Part shown: positions 48,683 to 58,225 of the stretch, piece by piece
How positions within the stretch are numbered: position 1 is the stretch's first letter
How the letters are laid out: each line of letters starts with the position of its first letter
From: Longimicrobiales bacterium
GTDB lineage: Bacteria; Gemmatimonadota; Gemmatimonadetes; Longimicrobiales; Gaopeijiaceae
Assembly: GCA_965202805.1 (NCBI GenBank)
Contig: OZ241869.1
Location: 2,720,001-2,784,000 of the forward strand
Direction: 5' to 3'
Length of the DNA: 64,000 nt
The notes under the pieces: generated by a model
Told to the model about the DNA's origin: nothing
Seen by the model: the letters and a program-made list of their open reading frames with translations, nothing else
Database searches by the model: none
Made by a program: the position numbers and the translations under genes

Positions 48683-49666
48683 CTAGACCGTTCCCTCCCG
48701 CACCCCCTTGTCGAGCAGCGCCACCAGCGCCTGGATGGCGTCCACGCTCGGAGTCGGCACCCCCACCAGCCGGCCGAGCTCACCCACCACGCCGATGATG
48801 GCGTCGATCTCGAGCGAGCGGCCCGCCTCGACGTCCTGGAGCATCGAGGTCTTGTGCGCGCCCACGCGCTCCGCGCCCGCGATGCGCCGGTCGATCCCGA
48901 CCCGGAAGGTGATCCCGAGCTCGCCCGCCACCTCCTGCGCCTCCTCCATCAGCGTGCGCGCCAGTTGCCGTGTGAGCGGGTATTGACAGATGTCCACCAG
49001 CGTCGCGCGGGTGAGGGCGCTGATGGGGTTGAACGAGAGGTTGCCCCACAGCTTGAGCCACATCTCGGCGCGGATGTCCTCGATGACGAACGACTTGAAG
49101 CCGGCGCGCCTGAGCGTGTCCACCAGCAGCTGCGCGCGCTCCGTCCGCGAGCCGTCGAGCTCGCCGATGGGGAAGCGGTTGCCCTCGGTGTGGCGCACCA
49201 CCCCGGGCGCGGCGATCTCGCCCGCCGGGAAGGTCACGGTGCCCACGATGTGATCGACGTCGATGCTCTCGGCGAGGATGCCGTCGGGGTCCAGCGTCTG
49301 CAGCCGGTGCCCGGCGAACGGGCCGCCGTGCTTCTCGAAGTACCACCAGGGAAGCCCGTTCTGAACCGGGACGACCATGGTCCCGGAACCGAGCATGCCG
49401 CGGACCCCCGGAGCCACCGCCGACAGCACCTGCGCCTTCACCGCCAGAATGACGAGGTCCTGCTCGCCCACCCCGTCCATGTCGCCGCGGGCGTCGAGTT
49501 CGGCATGATGCTCCGACCTGTCGGCCATGATCAGCTTGAGCCCGCTCCGCTGGATGGCCTCCAGGTGCGGGCCCTGATCGATGACCGTCACATCCTCCCC
49601 CGCATTCGCGAGCTTCACGGCGAGCAGCCCGCCGATGGCTCCCGCGCCCACCACGCAGATCTTCAT
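48683..49666 (-). CDS. Ketopantoate reductase family protein (PanE/ApbA)
   Basis: VGAGAIGG, QNGLPWWYF, KLWGNLSFNPISAL and SMLQD. Confidence 0.9.
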   Translation of the reverse strand: MKICVVGAGAIGGLLAVKLANAGEDVTVIDQGPHLEAIQRSGLKLIMADRSEHHAELDARGDMDGVGEQDLVILAVKAQVLSAVAPGVRGMLGSGTMVVPVQNGLPWWYFEKHGGPFAGHRLQTLDPDGILAESIDVDHIVGTVTFPAGEIAAPGVVRHTEGNRFPIGELDGSRTERAQLLVDTLRRAGFKSFVIEDIRAEMWLKLWGNLSFNPISALTRATLVDICQYPLTRQLARTLMEEAQEVAGELGITFRVGIDRRIAGAERVGAHKTSMLQDVEAGRSLEIDAIIGVVGELGRLVGVPTPSVDAIQALVALLDKGVREGTV

Positions 49667-49748
49667 TCGGTCGTTTCCATGTTGGGGTTGTGCGTGCACG
49701 CGCTCTGCCGGCGCGCGCTTCGTCTTCGTCGCCCGTCTTCGTCGCTTC

Positions 49749-52370
49749 TCAGCGCCCCGGTCCGAGCAGCACCGCGTTCATGAACAGCAGCTGGGTCGCC
49801 TCCGCGTAGGCACGGTAGTTGGGATCCTCCGCGAAGGCCACGATCTGGCCGCTGCCCACCGGCTGATGGATCAGGAAGGCCTTGTTGGCCAGCTGGGGCC
49901 GGGATTCCTCCCAGACGATCCCGCCCAGAAGGAGATCGCTCTCGTCCGCGTAGCGTCCGACGTTGGTGCCGTCGTCCAGGGTCACCGGCCGAAATACCCG
50001 CGATCCCACCACCAGCACCCCGATTTCGCCGTCGGTGCCGGAGGCGAGCCAGTGGTCGTCGTCGAGCAGCACCCTGATGATGGCGCCGGGCACGGATGCC
50101 GGAGCCTCGTCCGCGGGCACGATGGCGTCCAGGTATTCGATGGGCTGGTCGGGGGTGCCGGGATCCGGGGGATCGTCGGCTTCGGCGCGGCCCCCGCGGC
50201 GCTCGGCGGTGGTGGCCAGCAACCCCGCTCGAGCTGCCCAGCGCGTCGACTCGGCCATGGTGATCAGGGTGCCGCCGCCGCGCATCCACTCGCTCAGCCG
50301 GTCCTGCAGGCCGCCGCCGACGGCGCCCGAGTAGCTGCCGCTGGGGAAGACGATGACGTCGTAGCGGTTCAGGTCCGCGCGGCCCAGGCTGGAGGCGCGC
50401 ACGACCGTGGTAGCCTGGGCGTAGCGGCGCTCCAGGACGTAGCGGGTCCAGCCCACCGAGTAGGTCTGGCCGGGCTCGTCGTAGACCAGCAGCACCCTCG
50501 GCTCGCGCAACCCCCGTGTGGCGTTGCTGCCCAGCGACGTCCCTTCGGTCACGTAGGCGCCGTCGATGGGAACGACTTCGGCTCCGTGGGCGCCGGCGAT
50601 GCGCCCCAGCGTCTCGCGCAGGTCCGGTCCGTTCTCCGTGGTACGCACGATCGCGGTGCCCATCGGGTACTCGCGGCCCTCCAGCGTGAAACGGGCGCCG
50701 GCGGCCCGCACGCGGACGCCTTCGCGCAGGGCTTCCACGACCGCACCGGCCGCGTTCGTGCCCCACGGCAGGAGGTAGCCGACGGTTGCCTCCGGGAGCG
50801 CGAGAGCTTCCGCCTCGCGGGTGGCGGCGACCGGGGCGCCGGCCGCTCCGGTCGGCCGGTCGACGGTGATGGCCTCCACATCCCACAAGAGCGCCTGGCT
50901 CCACGCGGTAATGTCGTAGATCTGGTCGGGCTCCCGCCGGGCGCGCCGGTCGATCTGCTCCTGGACGAAGTCCTCCGCCATGGGCACGTGCGCGTCGAGC
51001 AGGTTGCGCGCGAACCGGTGCGTCGGCTGGTCCATGGGGACAATGAAGGTCCCCTCGGCCGGGAGCTGGCGACCCTGGACGCTGACCGGTCCGGCGGCCT
51101 CACGCACCTCGATGCCGTTGCGCACCAGCATGCGCGCCAGCCGCTCCGCCATCCCCGGGTCGTGGGCGGAGTGAAGAACGTACTCGGCGACGCCCTGGCC
51201 GCCCAGTTCGATCCCCTCCCGGCGGAAGGCCAGGTAGTCGGTGAGGATGCGCTCGCGGTTGACGGCGGAGGTGTGCGCCGTGGCCATGGCTGCGGTGAAC
51301 TGGTGCAGGACTCCGTCGCCGTAGGTAAGCACATCGCCGTCGGACTGCTCGAGCACCAGCGCCCGCGCCGACGCCTGTTCGTAGGTCATGCCGAGCGCCC
51401 CGTGGTTCATCGGCCACATGTCCACGTAGCCCGGATAGAAGAGGTCGAAGACTTCGCGGTTGAAGTAGGCGAAGCCCCGCGCGTCGAACGCAGCGGCGTT
51501 GGCGCGCCCGAAAACATCCATCAGCGCGATCTGGCGCTCACCGTACCAGGGATTCTCCGGGGGTGCCGTGGGCGGAAAGAAATAGGTGGCGTCGCCGCCC
51601 ATCTCATGCAGATCGGCCACGATGTGCGGCCAGTACTCCAGGAAGATCTCCACCTTGCCCCGCGTCTCCACCTGGCTCTGGATGAAGAGGTCGCGGTTCA
51701 GGTCGAACAGGTAGTGGTTGACGCGCCCGCCCGGCCAGCGCTCGTCGTGCTCCGCCGAGTACGCCTCGACGTTGGGCGTGACCGCCGCCGTCATCGTGTT
51801 TTCCTGGACGAAGCGGTTGCGTCCGTCCGGGTTCTCCACCGGATCGATGAGCACCAGCGACTCGGCGAAGATGAGGTCGACGTTCGGGTCGTTCTCCGCG
51901 GCCAGCAGGTGGTAGGCCTCCATCATGGCCGCCCCGGAGGGACTGATCTCGTTCCCGTGGATGCTGTGCATGAGCGCGGTGACCACCGGCAGCCCTGCGA
52001 TGAGCTCCTCCGCCTCGGCGTCCGACAGTCCCTCCGGATGGGCCAGCCGCGCCAGCCCCGCCTTGATCTCCTCCAGCGACGCGATCCGCTCCGGCGTCCC
52101 GATCACCATGATCACCAGCGGCCGCCCCTCCCAGCTGTCGGCGTAGTGGATCAGGCGCGTCCGGTCCGGAGCCGCTTCGGCCAGCGCCTCGAAGTAGCGA
52201 ACGAGCTGGTCGGGCGGCGTGACCACCTCCCAGACCTCGTGCCCCACCACGGACTGTATCGTGGGGATGGCGGGATTGTACGTCGTACCGGGAACGAACT
52301 CGCCCGGCGAGGCGGGAGCCTGGGGACCGGGGAGCTGCAGCAGGGCGGCGAGAGCGATGGTGGCAAACAT
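49749..52370 (-). CDS. M14 zinc carboxypeptidase with C-terminal GATase-like domain (secreted)
   Basis: HGNE, NPDG, DLNRD and DLHEM. Confidence 0.92.
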   Translation of the reverse strand: MFATIALAALLQLPGPQAPASPGEFVPGTTYNPAIPTIQSVVGHEVWEVVTPPDQLVRYFEALAEAAPDRTRLIHYADSWEGRPLVIMVIGTPERIASLEEIKAGLARLAHPEGLSDAEAEELIAGLPVVTALMHSIHGNEISPSGAAMMEAYHLLAAENDPNVDLIFAESLVLIDPVENPDGRNRFVQENTMTAAVTPNVEAYSAEHDERWPGGRVNHYLFDLNRDLFIQSQVETRGKVEIFLEYWPHIVADLHEMGGDATYFFPPTAPPENPWYGERQIALMDVFGRANAAAFDARGFAYFNREVFDLFYPGYVDMWPMNHGALGMTYEQASARALVLEQSDGDVLTYGDGVLHQFTAAMATAHTSAVNRERILTDYLAFRREGIELGGQGVAEYVLHSAHDPGMAERLARMLVRNGIEVREAAGPVSVQGRQLPAEGTFIVPMDQPTHRFARNLLDAHVPMAEDFVQEQIDRRARREPDQIYDITAWSQALLWDVEAITVDRPTGAAGAPVAATREAEALALPEATVGYLLPWGTNAAGAVVEALREGVRVRAAGARFTLEGREYPMGTAIVRTTENGPDLRETLGRIAGAHGAEVVPIDGAYVTEGTSLGSNATRGLREPRVLLVYDEPGQTYSVGWTRYVLERRYAQATTVVRASSLGRADLNRYDVIVFPSGSYSGAVGGGLQDRLSEWMRGGGTLITMAESTRWAARAGLLATTAERRGGRAEADDPPDPGTPDQPIEYLDAIVPADEAPASVPGAIIRVLLDDDHWLASGTDGEIGVLVVGSRVFRPVTLDDGTNVGRYADESDLLLGGIVWEESRPQLANKAFLIHQPVGSGQIVAFAEDPNYRAYAEATQLLFMNAVLLGPGR

Positions 52371-52670
52371 GATTCTCGTGCGGGATGAGGGGACGAACGG
52401 CGTTCAGCGCCGGAGGGATGCGGACCGGAACCGGATGATACTAAGGAGGCGGCGGGGTTACCGGAACATGCGGGAGCCCGAGTGGGCGATGCCGGGCCAA
52501 CGCGTTGGTGGCAGATCGGGCATCCGCCATGATGCCGCCCATCTGCGCGTGAGGCTCATGCGTGTAGGTTGTTCGAGGGCCGTTGCCCAACGGCTTGGGG
52601 AGAGCAGGGGCTCCGGCCTTCCCCGCATTCCATAGACTCCCGCCATTCAGCACATCTCCCAACAACTCCC

Positions 52671-53729
52671 ATGACTCCGAAATCCCTCAACATCTTCATC
52701 GCCAGCCCGCTCGAGCCCGAACAGGTGGAGCGCATCCGGGCCGTCGACCCCGAGCGCCTCGAGGTCGTCCACGACCCGGACGTCCTTCCGCCCAAGCGCT
52801 ACGAAGCCGACCACACCGGCCCCGCCGACTTCCGCCGCACGCCCGAGCAGCAGGCGCGCTGGAAGGCGTACCTCGGGCGCGCCGACATCCTCTGGGACTT
52901 CCCGCCGCGAAACCCCGACGGCACCGGAGGGCTCGCGTACGCGCCCAATGTGCGCTGGATCCAGGGGACGAGTTCAGGCGTGGGCCGGACGGTCGAGGCG
53001 TTGGGGCTGCTGGACTCGGATCTGCTCATCACGACCGCGCGCGGCGTGCACGGCGGCGCCCTGGCCGAGTTCGTCTTCCTGATCCTGCTCGCGCACGTGC
53101 GCAAGTTCGCGCATCTCGCCGACCTCCAGCGCCGGCGCCTGTGGGAGCGCTTCTGCGGAGAAGAACTGGAGGGCAGGACGCTGGCGATCATCGGGACGGG
53201 CGCGGTGGGCCGCCAGGTCGCCTTGGTGGGCAGATGCTTCGGGATGCGCGTCGTTGCACTGGCCAGCCCGAAATCGCGCCGCACGGCCGAGGAGCTGGGC
53301 GCGGACGCGCTTTATGCCAACGACGACATGCACCGGATGCTCGCTGAAACCGACGCGTTGGTCCTCAGCGTCCCCCACACGCCGGCGACCGACGGGCTCA
53401 TCGACAGCGCCGCGTTGCGAGCCCTGAAACCGGGCGCGATCCTGGTGAACGTGGCGCGGGGCGGAGTGGTGGACGAGCCCGCCCTCCTCGAGGCACTGCG
53501 CGAGGGACGCATCGCTCTCGCGGGCCTCGACGTGTTCGCCGACGAGCCGCTCCCGGCCGACAGCCCCTTCTGGGACATGCCCAACGTGATCGTCAGCCCT
53601 CACTCATCGGCGAATGCCGCAAGCGAGAACCGGAAGATCACGGACATCTTCCGCCACAACCTGCGCTGCTACCTGGACGGGCGCCCGGGCGACATGCGCA
53701 ACATCTTTCAGAGCAAGAGGATGTATTAG
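52671..53729 (+). CDS. D-2-hydroxyacid dehydrogenase
   Basis: GTGAVG, NVARG, LDVFADEPL and SPH. Confidence 0.9.
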   Translation: MTPKSLNIFIASPLEPEQVERIRAVDPERLEVVHDPDVLPPKRYEADHTGPADFRRTPEQQARWKAYLGRADILWDFPPRNPDGTGGLAYAPNVRWIQGTSSGVGRTVEALGLLDSDLLITTARGVHGGALAEFVFLILLAHVRKFAHLADLQRRRLWERFCGEELEGRTLAIIGTGAVGRQVALVGRCFGMRVVALASPKSRRTAEELGADALYANDDMHRMLAETDALVLSVPHTPATDGLIDSAALRALKPGAILVNVARGGVVDEPALLEALREGRIALAGLDVFADEPLPADSPFWDMPNVIVSPHSSANAASENRKITDIFRHNLRCYLDGRPGDMRNIFQSKRMY

Positions 53730-53733
53730 GCCG

Positions 53734-54225
53734 ATGCCCGTCGTGAGCGCCGTTCCCTTCACCCTCAAACGCAGCTCCGACCTCCACACATCCGGCTGGG
53801 GATACGAATCCACCACGGAGACGGCACATGGGCTCGTGCGGCTGGAGGAGGACCGCCTGGTAATCCAGTGGCGCGTTGCGGTGGTGACCGAATCGGTGGA
53901 AGGCAGCGGGTACGAGACCCGGGAAGAGATCGAGCCCGTAAGGGAGATCGTGATCCCGCTCGCCAAGGTGGCGGGTGCCGTCGTGACTCGGCGGAAATGG
54001 TGGAGGCTGGCTGGCCCGAGGCTCACCATCACCGCTGCGGACCTCCTTGCCTTCGAAAAGATCGCCGGACCCCAGGGCCTCAAGCTCAAGCATCCCTCGA
54101 AGCTCGTGCTGAGGATTAAACGGGCCGACCGGCTGATCGCGGAAGAGTTTGCCGCCGAACTGGCGCTCACGCTGACGCGGTTGCCGGAGGACGAGCGGCG
54201 GGCGCAGTTGCCGGAGTCGTCCTAA
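53734..54225 (+). CDS. Hypothetical protein
   Basis: Open frame starting 4 nt after the upstream stop with protein-like composition. No family recognised. Confidence 0.65.
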   Translation: MPVVSAVPFTLKRSSDLHTSGWGYESTTETAHGLVRLEEDRLVIQWRVAVVTESVEGSGYETREEIEPVREIVIPLAKVAGAVVTRRKWWRLAGPRLTITAADLLAFEKIAGPQGLKLKHPSKLVLRIKRADRLIAEEFAAELALTLTRLPEDERRAQLPESS

Positions 54226-55172
54226 GCCCGAGCGCACATCTCCACGGCCTCCCTCAGCGAGCGCAGGGGGTCGCCGCTCTGCGGGATGAACTCGTGGGCC
54301 ATGTAGCCGGTGAAGCCTGTGTCCCGGATCGCGCGCACGATGGCGGGATAGTTGAGTTCCTGCGACTCGTCGATCTCCGCGCGCCCGGGGACGCCGCCGG
54401 TGTGGTAGTGGCCGATCCAGTCGCGGGCGTCGGTCAGGGTGCGGATGATGTCGCCCTCCATGATCTGCATGTGGTAGATGTCGTAGAGGATGCGCACGCG
54501 GGGAGAGTCGACGGCGCGGATGATCTCGAGGGCGTAGGACATGTGGTCGCCGATGTAGTCGACGTGTCCGCCCGGCTTGGAGTTGAGCGCCTCCACGAGG
54601 ATCGTGACGTCCTCGGCCTCGGCGATCGGGGCGCATTCGCGCAGGCACCGGATCGAGTTGTCGATGGCCGGCGCGTCCGGCATTCCGCGGCGGTTGCCGA
54701 AGAAGCAGATCACGTTGGGCACGCCCTCGCGCGCGGCCCGCGGGATGTGCTCCTCGAAGGCGCGGATGATGCCGGCGTGGTTGCGGGGTTCGTTGAGCCC
54801 GTCCTCGATGGTGCCCGCGCCGACGTCACCGCATGAGACCACCAGGCCGTGGTCGTGCGCGACCGCCCATTCGTCCACGAGCAGGAGGTCGATTGCGGGC
54901 AGCCCCATCTCCGCGACCGCGGCGCAGAAGGGGCGCAGCGGGATGTCCTCGAAGCACCAGCGGGCGACCGACTGGGTGATGCCGGTCTGGAGGGCCGCGC
55001 CGGTGCCTGCGTCGTCCCGGGGATGCGGGGCATGAGAATCGCTGTCCGGGCCGCCGGCCGGCTCCGCTGCTCCCGGCTCCGCGTGGACCCGCCCACCGGC
55101 TCCCGGAATCATCAGCCCCAGAGAGGCGGCGCCGGTTGCTTTCAGGACTTCGCGACGTGTAAGGTTGGGCAT
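54222..55172 (-). CDS. Hydroxypyruvate isomerase (Hyi)/xylose-isomerase-like TIM barrel with Tat signal
   Basis: TRREVL, 'EALNS', 'YDIYHMQIMEGD' and 'HTGGVPGRAE...ELNY'. Confidence 0.88.
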   Translation of the reverse strand: MPNLTRREVLKATGAASLGLMIPGAGGRVHAEPGAAEPAGGPDSDSHAPHPRDDAGTGAALQTGITQSVARWCFEDIPLRPFCAAVAEMGLPAIDLLLVDEWAVAHDHGLVVSCGDVGAGTIEDGLNEPRNHAGIIRAFEEHIPRAAREGVPNVICFFGNRRGMPDAPAIDNSIRCLRECAPIAEAEDVTILVEALNSKPGGHVDYIGDHMSYALEIIRAVDSPRVRILYDIYHMQIMEGDIIRTLTDARDWIGHYHTGGVPGRAEIDESQELNYPAIVRAIRDTGFTGYMAHEFIPQSGDPLRSLREAVEMCARA

Positions 55173-55247
55173 CTTTCCCAAGCCTCCTTTTCGTTCGGAG
55201 CAACCTCCTCCCGACACGGCCGCGTCAGGCGGCGGAAACGGTAACCC

Positions 55248-55928
55248 ATGAAACGAAGGCGGGCCATCGGCGTGCTGGGCGGGATGGTGGGTGGTCCGCT
55301 GCTCGCGCCGGAAGGCGCCTTCGCGGAGCTGGTCGCCTGGGCGGAACGGGTCCGCGCTTCCGCCGGGGAAGCCGGCGGCTCGGTTCACGACGCCAGCCAG
55401 GTGGCGCCCAGCCTCCTCACCCCACCCCGCACGCGCGTCATGGCCGCGCTGGCCGAGGCGATCATCCCCGTGACCGACACCCCGGGTGCATCGGAGGCCG
55501 GGGTGACGGAATTCGTGGCCGCCCTGGTGGACGGGTGGCTGGACGACGACGACCGCGACCGCTTCCTCACGGGCCTGGACTCGGTGAATCCGGCGGCCCG
55601 CGACCGCTTCGGGGCCGACTTCGCCGACTGCACCGCGGACGAACAGGCGGCGCTGGTGGGCGACCTCGACGCCGACCTGACCCGCCTCCGCGACGACCCG
55701 GATGCCGACGAGACCCGGCACTTCTTCCACGACGTGAAGCGGTTCACCCTGACCGCGTACTTCACCTCGGAGGTCGGCCTGGAGGCCATCGGCTACCGCA
55801 CCACCTTCCGCGCCTTCGAGGGGTGCGCGCCGCTGACCGACGCGGAGGCCGGCCGGTCTCCCGGTGCGGACACCGGCGCGCAAGGCCCCTCACCCGCCGC
55901 AACGCCCGCTCCGGGGGCGTACGCATGA
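55248..55928 (+). CDS. Gluconate 2-dehydrogenase subunit 3 family protein
   Basis: Twin-Arg-like N-terminus, 'IIPVTDTPGASEAGV' and 'YFTSEVG'. Confidence 0.85.
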   Translation: MKRRRAIGVLGGMVGGPLLAPEGAFAELVAWAERVRASAGEAGGSVHDASQVAPSLLTPPRTRVMAALAEAIIPVTDTPGASEAGVTEFVAALVDGWLDDDDRDRFLTGLDSVNPAARDRFGADFADCTADEQAALVGDLDADLTRLRDDPDADETRHFFHDVKRFTLTAYFTSEVGLEAIGYRTTFRAFEGCAPLTDAEAGRSPGADTGAQGPSPAATPAPGAYA

Positions 55929-57622
55929 ACATCCGCCGCCGCCGCCAGGAATACGACGCCATCATCGTCGGCTCGGGGATGTCCGGCGGATGGGCGGCCA
56001 AGGAACTCACCGAGCTGGGGGCAACCGTCCTCGTCCTCGAAGCCGGCCCGATGATCGTGCCCGAACGGGACTACGGCGAGCACACCCGTACATCGGAAAT
56101 GCCCTACCGGGGCTGGAACGACCGCAAGGCCCTGGCCGCCGACCAGCCCATCCAGAGCCAGTGCTACGCCTGCGACGAAGTGGCGCGCAAGTTCTTCGTC
56201 AACGACAACGAGCATCCCTACACCAGCGACTCCGAGGAGCCCTTCCTGTGGATCCGCGGGCGCCAGGTGGGGGGCCGCTCGATCATGTGGGCGCGGCAGT
56301 GCTACCGGCTGAGCGACCTCGACTTCGAGGCCAACGCCCGCGACGGACACGGCATCGACTGGCCCATCCGCTACGCCGACATCGCCCCCTGGTACGACCA
56401 CGTCGACGCCTTCGTCGGCATCAGCGGGCAGGCGGAGGGGCTGCCCCAGGTGCCGGACGGCGTCTTCCTCCCGCCCATGCCGATGTCGTGTGTCGAGGAG
56501 CACATGCGCGACTCGATCGAGCGCGCGTACGGCGGTACCCGGCGCATGACCATCGGGCGCACCGCCGTGCTCACCCGCGACCACAGGGGACGCCGCGCCT
56601 GCCACTACTGCGGCCCCTGCCACCGCGGCTGCCGCACCCGCAGCTACTTCAGCTCCATCAACGCGACCCTGCCCGCCGCGGAGGCGACCGGCCGCCTGAC
56701 CCTGCGTCCCAACAGCGTGGTGCCCGGCGTCATCTGGGATCCGGGGCGGGGACGCGTGACCGGCGTGCGCGTCATCGACCGCGAGAGCCACGAGGAGCTG
56801 GAGTTCCACGCGCGCACCGTCTTCCTCGGGGCCTCCGCCCTCGAATCGACGCGCATCCTCCTCAACTCGACGTCATCCGACTTCCCGGACGGCCTCGCCA
56901 ACTCGAGCGGCGTGCTCGGCAAGTACCTCATGGATCACGCCATGTGCGACGATACGCGCGCCATCTTCGACGGCTGGGAGGACCGCACGACCCGCGGCAG
57001 GCGTCCCAACGGCATCTACATCGCCCGCTTCGCCAACGTCACCGAGCCATCCTCCGATTTCGTGCGCGGCTACGGGTTCCAGGGCGCGGCGGAGCGCCTG
57101 GGATGGGGACGCGGCATTTCCATGCCGGGCTTCGGAGCCGGCTACAAGCGCGAGCTCGCGCGCCCGGGCCCCTGGGAGTTCCGGCTGCACGCATTCGGCG
57201 AGTGCCTGCCGCGCGAGGAGAACCAAGTGGCCCTCGACCCGGACCAGGTCGACGCCTGGCGCATCCCCACGCTGCGCATCAGTTGCGAATGGAGCGAAAA
57301 CGAGCGCGCGATGATGCGCGAGGCCGTCAACCAGGCCGCCGAAATGCTCGAAGCGGCCGGCGCGCGCGACATCGTCCCCCAGCCGGTGGTCTCGCCTCCC
57401 GGGCTGGCCATCCACGAGATGGGGACTGCGCGCATGGGCCGCGATCCGGCCACGTCCGTGTTGAACGGCTTCAACCAAACCTGGGACGTGCCCAACCTCT
57501 TCGTCATCGACGGCGCGGCCATGACCTCGTCCGGTTGTCAGAACCCGTCGCTGACCTACATGGCGCTCGCGGCGCGGGCGAGCCACTACGCGGTGTGGGC
57601 CTCGAGGCGGGGCGAGATCTAG
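55925..57622 (+). CDS. GMC family oxidoreductase (glycoside 3-dehydrogenase-like catalytic subunit)
   Basis: VGSGMSGGWAAKEL, CHYCGPCHRGC cluster motif, HEMGTARMG and QNPSLTYMA. ATGA overlap. Confidence 0.92.
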   Translation: MNIRRRRQEYDAIIVGSGMSGGWAAKELTELGATVLVLEAGPMIVPERDYGEHTRTSEMPYRGWNDRKALAADQPIQSQCYACDEVARKFFVNDNEHPYTSDSEEPFLWIRGRQVGGRSIMWARQCYRLSDLDFEANARDGHGIDWPIRYADIAPWYDHVDAFVGISGQAEGLPQVPDGVFLPPMPMSCVEEHMRDSIERAYGGTRRMTIGRTAVLTRDHRGRRACHYCGPCHRGCRTRSYFSSINATLPAAEATGRLTLRPNSVVPGVIWDPGRGRVTGVRVIDRESHEELEFHARTVFLGASALESTRILLNSTSSDFPDGLANSSGVLGKYLMDHAMCDDTRAIFDGWEDRTTRGRRPNGIYIARFANVTEPSSDFVRGYGFQGAAERLGWGRGISMPGFGAGYKRELARPGPWEFRLHAFGECLPREENQVALDPDQVDAWRIPTLRISCEWSENERAMMREAVNQAAEMLEAAGARDIVPQPVVSPPGLAIHEMGTARMGRDPATSVLNGFNQTWDVPNLFVIDGAAMTSSGCQNPSLTYMALAARASHYAVWASRRGEI

Positions 57623-57628
57623 CGACTC

Positions 57629-58225
57629 GTGGCAGACATGGAAGACACCACCCCTCTCTTTTTTCCCACTCCTCACGACCTGCGCGCCTGGTTCGCGGCG
57701 AACCACGACAAGGTCGACGTGATGTGGGTGGGCTACTACAAGAAGGCCACGAAGCTCCCCACCGTCACCCTCGGGGAATCCGTGGACACCGCCCTCTGCT
57801 TCGGCTGGATCGACGGCCTGAAGCGCACCGTCGACGACAAGGCCTACAAGATCCGTTTCACGCCACGGCGCCGCCGGAGCCATTGGAGCGCCCGCAATCT
57901 GGCGCGCATGAAGCAGTTGCTCGCCCAGGGAGTCGTGGCCGAACCGGGGCTGGCGGCATACGAAAGGCGCGACAAGAGCAAGGACCGGGCGGCGTACGAA
58001 CCGGATGTCACCGCGCTACCTCCCGAGTACGAACGCCGGATCAGGGCCGAGCCCGAAGCCTGGAAGTACTTCCGGAACACGCGCCCTTCCTACCGCAAGC
58101 AGGTGGCTCGCTGGGTTGTGAGCGCGAAGCGGGAGGAGACGCGCCTGCGGCGTCTTGGAATCCTCATCGACTCCAGCGCCAGCGGGAGAGTGATCCCGCC
58201 GATGCGCTGGATGGAGAAGAGCTAG
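57629..58225 (+). CDS. YdeI/OmpD-associated family protein
   Basis: 'ALCFGWIDG', 'FTPRRRRSHWS..N' and 'SAKREETRLRRL'. Confidence 0.9.
   Translation: MADMEDTTPLFFPTPHDLRAWFAANHDKVDVMWVGYYKKATKLPTVTLGESVDTALCFGWIDGLKRTVDDKAYKIRFTPRRRRSHWSARNLARMKQLLAQGVVAEPGLAAYERRDKSKDRAAYEPDVTALPPEYERRIRAEPEAWKYFRNTRPSYRKQVARWVVSAKREETRLRRLGILIDSSASGRVIPPMRWMEKS

Noticed and set aside
49581..52388. 935-aa plus-strand ORF and similar long antisense ORFs (e.g. 13224-15758, 32747-34984, 62089-63804, 183-1271)
   Set aside because: Each mirrors a motif-bearing gene on the opposite strand.
52570..52581. 12-nt reverse-complement match to the interior of the MITE-like element (GGCCCTCGAACA)
   Set aside because: The match is too short and is expected by chance in 64 kb of GC-rich sequence. 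The flanks do not align.
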